DNA of 64,000 bases from Octopus sinensis (GCF_006345805.1 NC_043013.1:3906001-3970000); one strand, 5' to 3'. Counted from the first letter of the stretch, positions 39,361-52,528 are shown. Notes: generated from the letters alone by a model not told the origin. Program-made: numbers and translations.

Positions 39361-39799
39361 TAATAATAATAATAATATAATAATAATAATAAATATATTA
39401 TAGATATATGTATATATATTATAATAAATATATATGATGGCATGTATACGTGTGTACGTGAGGGTATGTGTGTGCGTACATATTGATATATGTATTTATA
39501 TAAAATACATATGTATGTATATATTTGTATGTGTTTGTATGTATATATATGTTTGTGTGTGTGTGTGTTTGTGTGTGTGTATAAGTGTGTGCGCTCGCGT
39601 GTACATATCTGCACACACACACACACACACACACACTTTCACTTGAAAGCTGTGCAGTCGGTAGTTTCTGCTAATCTTGCCTTTATTTGTTAGCAGTTTA
39701 ACGGCTTCAAATATTTCGAGAGTGGCTCTCGTGACGCACAAGCGTTTGTCACTATAAAATTGATGAGTGGGAACCTTTTGCTCCCCCATTTTTTCTCTT

Positions 39800-40385
39800 T
39801 CGTTTCTACTCTAGGCACAAGGCCCGAAATTTTTGGGGAAGGGGCCAGTCGATTAGATCGACCCCAGAACGTAACTGGTACTGGATCTGTTCGGTTTGAA
39901 CGGCAGTTTTTAACATAATTTCTATATACTAAAAATTTTTTAACTTCGTATACTGGTAGAATGTGTTTATAAAACATCTTTTTCTCTTGGCATTATTGAG
40001 AAAATTGTATAGTTTTTAAGTTATTTGTTGTTTTTTTCTTTAATTTCTGCAATTTCAACCAATCACTGGCGTCTATTGAGGTAAAAAACATTCCGTGCTG
40101 TATGAATATGTCCCTCGTTTAAGAAACTGATTGGGCTTATTTACATTGTGAAGAAAAAAGATACCCTTCTCCCCACCCCTAACCCTAAACCTAACCCTAA
40201 CTAACCCTAAAACAGATTGAAATGCGATCAATCGATACTAGGGTCATAATTATGGGTGACAATTTCATATGACACCGCTCGAAAAAACTGCCGTTCAAAC
40301 CGAAAAGATCCCTGGTACTTAATTTATCGATCTCGAAAGGATGAAAGGGAAGTCAACCTGGACATAATTTGAATTCAGAGCGTAA
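39800..40385 (-). mobile_element. SINE A (tail A2) split by MITE insertion
   Basis: Body continues across the MITE with CTGGTACT duplicated. Confidence 0.85.
39883..40311 (+). mobile_element. Complete 429-bp MITE with 29-bp TIRs and 8-bp TSD (Merlin-like by termini)
   Basis: TIR GGATCT(G/T)TTCGGTTTGAACGGCAGTTTTT, 1 mismatch; TSD CTGGTACT at 39875-39882 and 40312-40319; CCCTAA repeats at 40177-40210. Confidence 0.9.
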
Positions 40386-40458
40386 AACAATACAATAATA
40401 ATAATTATTGGTCAGACCTTGTATGTATATGTATATATATGTATATATGTGTAGATAT

Positions 40459-40507
<49 letters not shown>

Positions 40508-41046
40508 CACACACGCACAAAGACTGTATGATTTGATTTGCCGTAAAGAAGTTTATTTGCTTTGTGTTCCTTTGATTTATGTCTAATGCTGCTGTGGTCA
40601 TCGTTGTTTGGTTGTAGTTCTTCTCGGGGATCAAACAGTCCTATAATCGGTGAGTGTGAATAGAAAGGCGTTGTCTTCGAATGAAGTTACTGAAAGGTGA
40701 GTGAGAGTGGCCAAAATGATATGATTGCACGGATGGGACACTTTAAAGCTAAGCCTGTAAGTCGGGGAAAGACAATTGATGAAGGCATTCGCTTTTGGTG
40801 ATCAGAGAGATCTTGGATGGTGGGTTTGTTCGTTTTGCTGTAGGGGCTCTTCCTGCATCGTCATCGTCGTCATGATGATGATGACGATGATGACCGCTAT
40901 CATTCCTTCTAATGATGTATACTATATAAATATGTATTTCATAATTTAAAAACCATTCCACTCTGTTGAACCTCCTGCACTTGATGTCGGTCGTTGCAAA
41001 AACCCCACGATACCCCCTTCCTGATGACAAATAAGTCAAATCATCA

Positions 41047-41112
<66 letters not shown>

Positions 41113-41113
<1 letters not shown>

Positions 41114-41280
41114 CTATTGCCTTTGCACAGCTTCTAACGCTGGAGATGTACTACAGTGTCAGCTGTTCACTATTGGTGAAGTAAGGTAACACCTCTTATT
41201 TTTCGAGCACCTTCCGGAGTATTCGGGCGGTTCCAAGCAGTGCTGTTTTCTGCAAGTGCTCCACCCTTATTGCAGCCCCT
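41113..41280 (-). mobile_element. Dong/R4-like 3' terminus, third family
   Basis: EHLQKTALLGTARILRKVLEK* then a 3' UTR ending in (AAT)n. Confidence 0.75.
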
Positions 41281-41343
41281 ATTTGTTCCACGTACTTCTC
41301 GAGACAAAAAAAAAAAAAGAAGCAAAAAACTACTGCTTCTCCA

Positions 41344-41376
<33 letters not shown>

Positions 41377-41909
41377 AATTATTTGCTACTTATATATTTC
41401 AGACTTGCTAATATCTTTCGTGCGACAAATCTCGATGTTTTAAAAGTGTAAAGGAAGTAATTTTCAGTTTGGATTTTATTTCAAACAGGGACCTTTATTT
41501 AACATTTTGGAATATATACAACTGACTGGGGTCAGACCACAAGGTCGCTTTTTAAAATATTTCCATTTTATTTCATCGTCTAACGCTAAGATAAACGGTT
41601 TCTCCTTCGTCAGGATACGCCCCTAAGACATATTACATTGAACAAAACAAAAGAATTGTCAAACAAAAAAATATATTTAAAAAAATACTAATGGAGATAT
41701 AAAGAGACAAATGGCAGAAAATGAATAAAATAATAGATTTCCAACAGAAAAATAAACTTATCATGCCAAACAACAACAACAACAACAACAACAACACAAC
41801 AACAACAGCAGCAGCAGCAGCAACAACAACGACGACGACGACGACGACGACGACAACGACAACAACCACATTATACAAGCACACACTACACTATACAATA
41901 TTGTTTTTT

Positions 41910-42115
41910 AATTTTGGCACAAGGCCAGCAATTTCGGAAGAGTGGATAAGCCATTTAAATCGACCCTATTACTCAACTGGTACTTATTTTATTGACTCTG
42001 AAATGATGAAAGGCAAAGTCGGCCCCGGCAGCATTTGAACCCAGAATGTAAAGACGGACGAAATGTTGCTAAGCTCCTTACCCGGTTTGCTCACGATTCT
42101 GCCAGTTCGCTGCCA
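41910..42115 (-). mobile_element. SINE A (tail A2)
   Basis: Family tail, body and head. Confidence 0.75.
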
Positions 42116-43364
42116 TCACATCAAGCGAAAATATCAAGAAGTGGTCTTTCGCAAAAGCACCTTTGTGTGGAATGTTTTGCTGAAAGAACTAAAGCTTGGC
42201 AGTATTTTGTTCATAAGATGAAAACCAAACCACCATAACCTGTCATAGATACGTGTGAGAGGAAGTGGGTAATATATGTGTGCTTTGTAAGGCCACAGGT
42301 ACTTCTCTTGTACCATCCACGCAAGAGGCGGCTACAGTCCTGTCAGATACGTTAAGTGAAATCTCCTTTATTGGGAGAGAGCCGGCTTATGGTCCTATAT
42401 ACAACATATTTAAAGCAGAAAACGGGACTAAAGCGTACAAACAATTGTATGTGACAATCTGTTCCATAAGTTGGTCCTGCTGCTTTAGAAGAAGGAACAC
42501 TAGCATTACTGTCATGGCCACAGTATGGATTGGCATTTTGCTATTGGGTTATCAGCCACGCACCCCCTGCTTGCATTCTTCCTTGATGGCTTTAAAGCTA
42601 ATTCACAATTTACCAAATACCGGGTTCCCAGTCTTTTATTAATTGAATGATCAGCTTTAGTTTGTTACAGTATAGTTTATAGTGCAAGATCATCCAGTTC
42701 TATCGACTTGCCCCTCGCTCAATTTGACATAACGTCTGTTATTAAAAGAAGCTGAAACCCAATTTCTACACTATTTCGTCTGTTCTACCAAGATTTATTT
42801 TTAACCATCGAAGTAGGCATCGAAACCCACCGTATGCAAAGTCGGCCTCGGCAGCATTTGAACCCAGAATGTAAAGACGGATGAAATGTTGCTAAGCTCC
42901 TTACCCGGTTTGCACACGATTCTGCCAGTTCGTTGCCATCACATCAAACGAAAATATTAAGAAGTGGTCTTTCGCGAAAGCACTTTTTCCGAATGGTTTC
43001 TCAAACTGCTGCTGACCATGTGACGGTTTCCGGTACAGTAAAGGCTTTAGTTCTTCAAGGCACACTCCTTATCTCATTCCCAGACTTTGCTTCTTTAGTT
43101 TATGGCGTCGAAGAAATTTTCAAGTGCTATTCTTGCATCACGACCTCGGCTACGGACTTCTTTCTAGAAATCTCTACTAAATTAACCGATAATTCCTAAT
43201 CCAGTATGGCATTACTTAGTATTGTTTCTTTACTATATGAGCGAAATGTTCTACAATATCCCATAAACACAGTCACAGGACGCACCAGTGAAACATTTTT
43301 GTACTTTCGAGTCATTAGTAACATATAACTAAAACATCCAGAATGGTTGTAAATGATAAATCTC

Positions 43365-43560
<196 letters not shown>

Positions 43561-44351
43561 GAATCAGACTTAATCCGTTTGTCTGTCCTTGTTTGTCCCC
43601 TCTGTGTTTAGCCCCTTGTGGGTAGTAAAGAAATAAGAATAACGAGATGAAACGACGTATATGACAAATGCAGAAAGTCTTCATCAGAAATTCAACATTC
43701 GGGCTAATTTTTGCCTGTCAGTACATATTCTTGTTGCCGTGGTGTGTTTTCTTCTATCGTGCCAGGTTGAATATGTAGCTGTGAAAACAGCTAAGTATAG
43801 AGAGTGGATGCTACCAAGAACCAGACCACTTTGAGGTTTCTGCGCTCAAATGAGCTGTATTTGTAGGCCCTGTTCACAGAAAGTTCTATTTATGTCACCA
43901 GACTATCACATGGGCGATAGCTGTTGATTGCACCGAAAGTGGGTTTGCGCACATGATAAACTTGTGATTTCTATATGGCAAAACGTGGAGTGAAATCTAA
44001 CTGTTACACCCTCAGCATTACTACTAAGGGTCTTCCATAAATAACAGAAAAAGGAAAAAACTGAAGTATTTTCTAATCAAGTGACTCTCACCACAGAGTT
44101 CACAAGTCTAGAACGAGACACATAACATAGAACACTTAGTATCCGACTATTTGACCAAGACTCGCTCACCAACGTGTGACTCACAGAGAAAACTAATCAC
44201 TCACATAGTTTATTTTGTGGTTATCATAGTGGTCTCTACTCCTCGAAAATAACAAGTTGGGTACTATTTTTACCCATGTTCCTCATTACTATGTTCCGTG
44301 CCTCACTATGCCAGCTATTCCCTGGTGTAAAACGACAACTTACTGGAATTT

Positions 44352-44592
44352 AAGTTGTTAAGTTAAGTCAATTTTTTGGCTCAAAAAGCAAAAAGCAAGG
44401 CCATGTAGGGGGACATGGAGTTATGTACAGGGAGGGTGTTCATGCAAAGAGTTCAGGCTATTTCTGGTCAAGAGAGACTTTGAACCAAGCGGTCGTCGGT
44501 ATTTTCACTATCTCGTCCGGCAGCTTATTCCACGGATTCGCAACCCGGACGGAGAAAGCCCCTCTCCTTCGATTGAGATGAAATCGTCGCAG
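44352..44592 (-). mobile_element. CR1 LINE 3' end
   Basis: Near-identical to 60395-60620; encodes RRGAFSVRVANPWNKLP; (AACTT)n-like tail. Confidence 0.85.
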
Positions 44593-45199
44593 AATTTGTT
44601 GCCCGTCCGTGTTTTTCCAGCAGCTGTCAACTCACAGATATTCAAACTAAGCATCAACCACATTATCTCTCCAGTCACGGCAGACTTATGAATGTCATGG
44701 ACACTGATTTCTCCGGCCCATTAAACCATAATCAAAATACAATTAGTTAACCGAATCATTTCCTAATCACCCCGTTTAACTCTTCCTGTGATACTTCAGA
44801 TATCGAAAAACATGGTAAATAATAAAATCCATGTTTTTATTTCATAAATGTGTAGTAATGTCACTCTCTAATTAAATCATCAATCATATGAATTTCGTGG
44901 GGGTTCTCAACGAACATTTTTAGGAACTTTTTTTTATGAAATAATCTAATTACGCGGTCAGTGAACGATGGCTAAGGTCGTACAAAGGTTCGGAGTTGTC
45001 TCCCTTACATGCCTGCCGCACTATTTCCGCTAAACTAACCTTAATATTTTCATAACCATCTCGTTTCATCCGGTTGTTTCTTAAGTTGAAATCATTGGAA
45101 ACAATAAAATCTTTCTATGTTTATTATATATAAAATAATTGATTTTCTGAAATAAAAATATATGTCACCAATAATAGACAAACAAGAATTTGTACTTTA

Positions 45200-45640
45200 C
45201 ATGATATTTTTCAGAGAATGACAGCCTTGAAGTCATGGACTTCAAACACCAGAAAGTGTACTAGCAAAAGATGGTGTAAAAATGTCTGCGGAAAGGTGTC
45301 AGGGAAGGACAAAGGGATCATACTCTGGAATATCTCAATATGCAAAGGCAGTCCGATCAAGGTTCATAAACGATCAAGAAAGGATGTGTCTTCTGATCGA
45401 AGTGTCAGTCCCAACAAATGATAATGTATCTCGAAAAGAAATAGAGGAGATATGGAATTAGTGACAACCAGAATGTGGAGATGAAAAATAGAAACAGTCC
45501 CGCTTGCAACAGGTAGCTTTAGAACTATCTAAAAAGAATGTCGAAAACTATACAACCGAAACCTCACACAAACAAATATTCAAAAACCTACAGAATACAA
45601 TACTTGAAGACACTGGATACTTATTAAATTGAATTATGTT
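45200..45640 (+). pseudogene. Degraded Dong/R4-like REL domain
   Basis: IILWNISI, LIEVSVPTNDNVSRKEIE and TRMWR*KIETVP resemble the 16300-16520 motifs. Confidence 0.55.
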
Positions 45641-45844
45641 AATATAATAGAAGATACAAAACAGAGCACACTACTTCTCAGCTCACAGAACTGCGCTCGG
45701 ATGTGCAGTACAAAAGCAATGATAATAATCCTTTCCACTATAGGAACAACGCCTGAAATTTGGGGGAGGGGGACTAGTCGATTACATCAATCCCAGTTTT
45801 TCATTGGTACTTAATTTATCGACCCCGAAAGGATGAAAGGATGT

Positions 45845-47351
45845 TGTGTCTCCCATAAGCGCAACTTCACTGCATCATGCATATCAGTGATCAAGTGGTC
45901 CCTGTCCCTGGAACTGCAGGTTCAAGACGCTGAGATGAGTAGTTATGTCAAACAGAAATGCCGACCCACATTTCTACTTTTCATCTCGCAAAACCGTGGA
46001 GTCTTTTCCTTTGTGTTCCATGAACTGACAGATTTCTTCGATCAGCAGGAAAACTCTACTGAGAACTTTTCCCTGATGGTTTGTGTTACAGTGCTCATTA
46101 CATGTTCCATGTTGAGGACTTTCCCAGAGAGCGATCCTTGGTGTGTGATGCAATGACATGCTATCAACTCAGCAGAACAGTCCTGCATCTTAACCACATC
46201 CTTCCTACTAGTCCACTTTTTTTTGTCGCACATCACCGGTGCTCCATCTATTGTAAGTTCAACAAATTTGCCCCAAGGCAGGTTCATGTCAGTTACAATT
46301 CGACATACGTTGTCAAAATATGCTTCCCGTCGTTGTCCCATGCATGGATTTCATGTCCAAAATTTCTTCTGTAACATTTGAACTGGAGTCCACTCCACGG
46401 ATGAAGATGGTGAGCTGAGAACTGTCAGTCGTATCATTACTTTCAACAACAGCAAGAGAGAATGCAACAAAGTCTTTACCTTTTTCGATCAGCTGTATTT
46501 TCACATCAGTGGCTATCTCACAAACTGGATCAGCAATTGTATTTCTGCTAAGGTTTACATTTGCAAGTATCTGCTTTTCGTTTGGACACAAGACGTCACA
46601 CAATTTCATCATGCGATTCTTCAGAAACTCTCCCTCAGTAAATGATCGAACTGATTTGGCGATCTCCTCTGCTACAATAAAACATGCATTCACAGCAGCT
46701 TCGCTTTGTGATTTTGCTTTGGTGAAAAACGTCTGCTGTGATATTAGATTCCTCTTCAATTCTTTTACCTTCTGTAGTTTGTGTTCTGCATTCAAGTTTT
46801 TTCTTATTTGTCTTGATGATTAATTTCGTAGTTCCGTCTTAGATTATATTCCTTGATCAGAGCCACATTATCTCCACAAATTAGACACACAGGTTTACCG
46901 CCAATATCTCAGCGACTTTGAAAGGCTGTTTTCAGAATCAGTTTTCCTTTTGGCCATTTTAACGGCTAGCTTTGAATTAAGATTAAGACTCTGCATCTAC
47001 CTATGGACGCTTGATTGATATGGCATAAGCAGGAAGGACTGATGCAATATCCAGGCTCTACACTACTTTCATCTCTTATGCACCAATCCAAAACGAGCAA
47101 CAGGACGTTACTAGATTACTGTAAAGACGAACACCCAAGCACTACGCAACGTTCATTTTAACTAGTTCTGATTGACGCAGGAATACTCTCAGGCAGCCTT
47201 TCGTCCGGCAAGGCTGCTAAATTGGTGAATTTGTGGTTTGCACTTCATATCGCCGGGCCATTAACGAATATTTGCCTATAATTCTCTCGCGGGCTGGATA
47301 TAATTATTCATAAGGCTGGATTTGACCAGCGGACTTTGAGTTTGACACCTG
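45845..47351 (-). mobile_element. hAT transposon (SPIN/Charlie, GTF2IRD2-like transposase), pseudogenised and 3' truncated
   Basis: ATG at 46957 (MAKRKTDSEN), LSRNTI, TIDGAP, CHCITHQ (CxxH), LNLQFQG; left end CAGGTGTCAAACTC at 47351. Confidence 0.85.
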
Positions 47352-47399
47352 TAGACCAAGAGTAAGTACCCTGTTCAATAATCCTTCTCCCACTTACTG

Positions 47400-47640
47400 G
47401 TATATATTCAGAGTGTTCCCACCCATTCTTGGTATTTCGCAACTTTCGCATTTCAGTTAATTCGCTTGAGGCTAGCACTTCTTTCCCACCATCGTCTTCC
47501 TTTTTAAATAAAACTTGAACAAGTCCGCGAGGGCCTGACCAAAGAGGAATCTTTCAACCTCCTCCATCACGCAACCTCTTTCTCCATTACCGCCAGACAG
47601 GAAAACTGCTATAAGCTGTTAGATGGGCTGCAACAGGAGA
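47400..47640 (-). pseudogene. Degraded Tx1-like C-terminal fragment
   Basis: FGQALADL..FYLKRK resembles the C-terminal segment at 62500-62560. Confidence 0.45.
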
Positions 47641-48215
47641 ATAAAGCAGTGAAAAATCTTTATAATTTTAGCAATTTTAGGGGGAAGGGCAAGTTGATAA
47701 CATTGACCCTTTATGTTTGATTGGTATTTCATTCTATCGGCTCCGAAAGGATGGAAAACAAAACTGACCTCACTGGGATTTGAACTAAGAACGTAAAGAG
47801 CAGAAAGAAATGCCACTAAGCTAAGGATTCTGCCAGCTCACCACATTTGCCAATAATAATGATGCATTCTAACAAACACTTAGCTATGAATTTTCAAGGA
47901 TCAATCCCAGTATTTGACTGGTGTTTATTTTAACGACCTCGAATGAATAAAAGGAAAAGTCGATCTCTAGCGACTCAGATGGGTATGTTGTCAAAGAGAG
48001 TACAGAGTATTTCATGACGACACCATGAATGCAAAAAAACAAGTGGAAGAACAAAAACTCATGAAAATCTTTCAAGGAAAGAAAAACATTTTAGTTTAGA
48101 ATTAGTTATGAAAATACCTTTGACAGCATACCGGTTATTGTGGACATAATAGATAATCAAAGATACAACACGATTTAGTAAATTTAATAAGACTATGTTA
48201 ACACCACCCAAAACA

Positions 48216-48695
48216 GTGAGCTGGCCGAAACGTTAGCATGCCGGGCGAAATGCCGAGCGATATTTCGTCTGCCGCTACGTTCTGAGTTCAAATTCCGCCG
48301 AGGTCGACTTTGCCTTTCATCCTTTCGGGGTCGATAAATTAAGTACCAGTTACACACTGGGGTCGATGTAATCGACTTGATCCGTCTGTCCTTGTTTGTT
48401 CCCTCTGTGTTTAGCCCCTTGTGGGTAGTAAAGAAATAGGTATTTCGTCTGCCGCTACGTTCTGAGTTAAAATTCCGCCGAGGTCGACTTTGCTTTCATC
48501 CTCTCAGGGTCGATTAAATAAGTACCAGTTACGCACTGGGGTCGATATCATCGACTTAATCAGTTTGTCTGTCCTTGTTTGTCCCCTCTATGCTGAGTCT
48601 CCTATGGGCAATAAAGAAATAAGTCGTTAGCACGCCGGGCATTTCGTCAGTCTTTATGTTCTGAGTTCAAATCCCGTCGAGGTCGTCTTTGCCTA
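48216..48695 (+). mobile_element. SINE A dimer plus a further partial unit
   Basis: Junction AAAGAAATAGGTATTTCGTCTG near 48431-48452. Confidence 0.85.
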
Positions 48696-48696
48696 T

Positions 48697-48835
48697 CTTA
48701 CAAACTATACAATTTTCTCAATAAAGCCAAGAGAAAAAGATGTTTTATAAACACATTCTACCTGTATACGAAGTTTAAAATTCTTTAGTTACCTAGAAAT
48801 TATGTTAAAAACTGCCGTTCAAACCGAAAAGATCC
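48697..48835 (-). mobile_element. GG-ended MITE left part
   Basis: Reverse complement of the first about 140 bp of 39883; ends ...CCGAAAAGATCC. Confidence 0.85.
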
Positions 48836-49769
48836 CACCACTGGTCTCCTCAAAATTTCCGGCCTTGTGCCCATATTAGAAAGCGATATTAACGTCTTGT
48901 GGTTGTTTTCCCTAGTGGCGGCCTAGTGTTTTCCTCATCTTGCCAGAATTTATTTCTGCCTTTAGTTCGTAACGTTTGAGTCATTGTTAGCCTATTATTC
49001 TTCCCTTTGCCCTGTTTTGTTGGACAGTCAGCATAGAACGAGAAGCCCGTCTCATCATGTTTTCTTTAATACGTTTTTGAATACTCCTCTCTTCTGCTCT
49101 TCAAGGGGGGGGGGATTTTTACGTCTTTACCGACTTTCTTCTCATTGTATTTGAATTTGATCTGTTTCTTTATAGAGTATATCGTTTCTATTATCCTATT
49201 ATGCTAATCACCCTATCTTTTTTCCCCTGAGTATTATCTAGAACCACTGTGATTTCAGTTAGTAAACGACACATCTTCCTGATGTACTTGATACAATATA
49301 TTTAATTTACATCAGATTTCCGATAGTGTATTCGGAATGAAGTCAATAATTTTCTGGTCTTTCTATTCAAGATATTCGGTTCACTTAACTCATAATATAT
49401 TATATTGAATCTATAGTTTTCATAAGTAGAAAAGTTATTACATTTATACCTATTATCTTATTTCTGACACTGGGTTATAATTTAATAGTAGTCATATTAG
49501 CATTTTTTAATATACTCTGTATCCTTTCTCTTTGTCCTATCCTGTCTATTCACCCTACTTCTAATTGTTAGACTGGTGTTTCTGGATAGCTAAATATAAT
49601 TTATGTTTGAATTCGTCGGCTTTAGCACATAGATATAATCTCATATTCACTTTTTATCAAAACACAATTCACTTACATTTAGGAAGCTTTTCAACTGGCT
49701 GTTATCATTACTATAATGTTTAAATCGTCCATTTATGGTGAGTGGTTAATATTTTGCCAATAACAACGC

Positions 49770-49985
49770 GAAGAGCTGGCAGAATTTTTAGCAAGTTGGG
49801 TAAAATACTCAGTGGAATTTCATGCGTCTTTACGTTCTGGGTTCAAATTCCACCTAGATCGACTTTGCCTTTCTCTTTTCGGAGTCGATCAAATAAGCAC
49901 CAGTTGAGTACTGGGATCGATTTGATCGACCTACCCCTCTCCCGAAATTGCTGGCTTTGAGTCAAAATTTGAAACCAATTCTCAA
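49770..49985 (+). mobile_element. SINE A (tail A2)
   Basis: Family head, body and tail. Confidence 0.75.
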
Positions 49986-51493
49986 GAAATGCAAAATATT
50001 TCCCTTTTACATTTCTAGTTGTAAAGTTAAGATATACTCCCAATCGTGAGAGACGGGGAAGATGCATCTTTTGACCAATATAACATCATTTTCATGTCCG
50101 AATTGAAAATATGGTGCATGACAATGCTAAAGCTACTACAACCTCGATTATGTTAGGCCGAACTGAATAACAAATCAAGGCCGATTGCAGAGATTGCTCA
50201 AAGAAAGATCTGCGCATTGAAATAGAGACCTCAATTCCTTCCAAACAAAATATCGTATGCAAGGCGGTAAAGCGTTTGCGAACAACTGTTAATTGAAACA
50301 ATATATTGGAAACAATACGAAAAGTGTTTATTAGGACAAAAAAAAAAAGTGAAATAACTCGATTGGGCCAATAATAAAAATTAAGATGCTATATACAGTA
50401 TGATGTAGAAATAGGAACCTGAAACTTCTATTTTTTTTTAGAGAAAGAAAACTAAAAACAAGCGGGAGACAGCGATTAGTTTTTATAAATTTACAAATAT
50501 TTCTCTATGTAGAAAATATGTTACACGGAGTTTTAACCAGCAGTAATTAGAAAAAGTAAAATGGGCTGAAGGTAATACCACAAGCAGATGAACAACATGA
50601 AATTAGAGGAATTATGGGGTGATCTACGGAATGACGCACGCAAATAAAAAAAACAACAAAAGACAAAATCAAAGAATATCTCAATTAATCGAAATTCCCC
50701 TCTTAGTAGGAGAAAGAAAACAGAAAGCTAGCTCTGTTAACAATACTCAATGGAAAGGGGAAACAGTTTAAATAAATTAACTACTTCACGTGCTCTGTTG
50801 AGGAGGTTCCATAAAATCAAAAGAGTTTGATAGTTGTTCCCTTATTTCTAAGCATGTGAATAAATTTTGTAAAATTAATTCTAAATTTTTCAAATTATCT
50901 CCTTTTTTCTCTGTGTACTCACTATTATCGCTAGGTTTTTGATTCCTTTCTCCAACTAAAAAAACCAACGATGAAGAAGGAACATTATAAACGTATCAGA
51001 ACTAAATACTTTTCCTAACTTGAGTTTCTTTCTTTCCTTTTGATCTGCCACACAGATCAGACGCATTCATGTCTGTCTCCCCTCCTATCTTGTCGCCTGT
51101 CAAAGCTTCTTCCTCCAGCGTTTGCCACCTCACATTGTTACGGCTCAGCAGCCATTATTTTGTGTTTTCACTGTCCTGTTTTTGTTACCAGCTTTGACCC
51201 TCCGCAAATCCTCAATTTTATTTTGCTTTGCGGGAGCAACTGTTTCCTCGAAGACACATCTTGTCGTAATTGCTCCAAATGTCGAGTAGGTAAAACAGCC
51301 GACACCTGATGAAGGGTCGTTCTTTATGTTACTTGTCTTATTTTCCATTTGTTTCTTTCGCTGTTCGCAAAATAGGTTCGTATTCCATGTTTTCGTATTT
51401 CGTATTACATGTTGTTCACGTACCCATATATGCACATGTATATACATATATATGTAAGTATGTACATATATGTATGTATATATATATATATGT

Positions 51494-51710
51494 GGAGGCG
51501 CAATGGCCCAGTGGTTAGGGCAGCGGACTTGCGGTCGGAGGATCGCGGTTTCGATTCCCAGACCAGGCGTTGTGTGTGTTTATTGAGCGAAAAACACCTA
51601 AAAGCTCCACGAGGCTCCGGCAGGAGATGGTGGTGATCCCTGCTGTACTCTTTCACCACTCTAAAGGCGGTGCTCCAGCATGGCCGCAGTCAAATGACTG
51701 AAACAAGTAC
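51494..51710 (+). mobile_element. Chimeric SINE: family C head and body joined to family B 3' tail, poly(A)
   Basis: 51494-51662 matches 23632 onward; 51661-51708 is the B tail CTAAAGGCGGTGCTCCAGC...GAAACAAGTA. Confidence 0.8.
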
Positions 51711-51712
51711 AA

Positions 51713-51799
<87 letters not shown>

Positions 51800-51832
51800 A
51801 GGAGTGGCTATGTGGTAAGTAGCTTGTTTACT

Positions 51833-52236
51833 ATCACAGCTGCACGCATATCTGCGATGTTTTTCTCAATTCTGCTGCTTGCAGGTCTCTCAGAACATTC
51901 ATCGATATCGAGATTTTTCTGCCATCTTGGAAACGTCTGAACCATTCGTACGCTTGTATGCGGCTCATACACTCTTTTCCATACACTTTCTCAAACTTTG
52001 CGGAGGCCTCTGAGCAGGTATCACCATCACAACATTCTCTGTCATGTCAATGCGACGATCACGCTACACTCTTTCCTTCAAAGCACTGTTGGAAAAGCGG
52101 AGGTGGGCTAGAACGTTAAAACTTAGTGCGCATGCACAGCAGAGTTGAAAGTCAGTCTTTGCCTAGCGGCTTCAATCTGCATGCTTTAGCTTTTTACTAT
52201 GGCAACAATCCGGATACTTACTGATCAGACCTAATA
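51833..52236 (-). mobile_element. Mariner left end and N-terminal HTH fragment
   Basis: VYGKECMSRIQAYEWFRRFQDGR..RPASS; terminal sequence TA..AGGTCTGATCAGTAAGTATCCGGA is mariner TIR-like. Confidence 0.75.
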
Positions 52237-52280
52237 TGTATGTATATATACATACATACTGATCAGACCTAGTATGTATG

Positions 52281-52345
<65 letters not shown>

Positions 52346-52371
52346 TGATATATATATACATATATATACAT

Positions 52372-52528
52372 ATACGGCGGTTTTCTTTCAGTTTCGGTCT
52401 ACCATATCTACTCACAAGGCTTTGGTCGGACCGAGGCAATAGTGGAAGACTATGCCCAAGATTCCACGCAGTGAAACTGAACTCGGAACCATGTGGTTGG
52501 GAGCAAGCTTCTTACCACACAGGCCACT
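52372..52528 (-). mobile_element. SINE B 5' half
   Basis: Head and CORE-like part match the family. Confidence 0.75.

Noticed and set aside
51301-51330. GACACCTGATGAAGG, identical to the start of the 15011 hammerhead
   Set aside because: No closing stem II or GAAA follows; at most a relic half-core.
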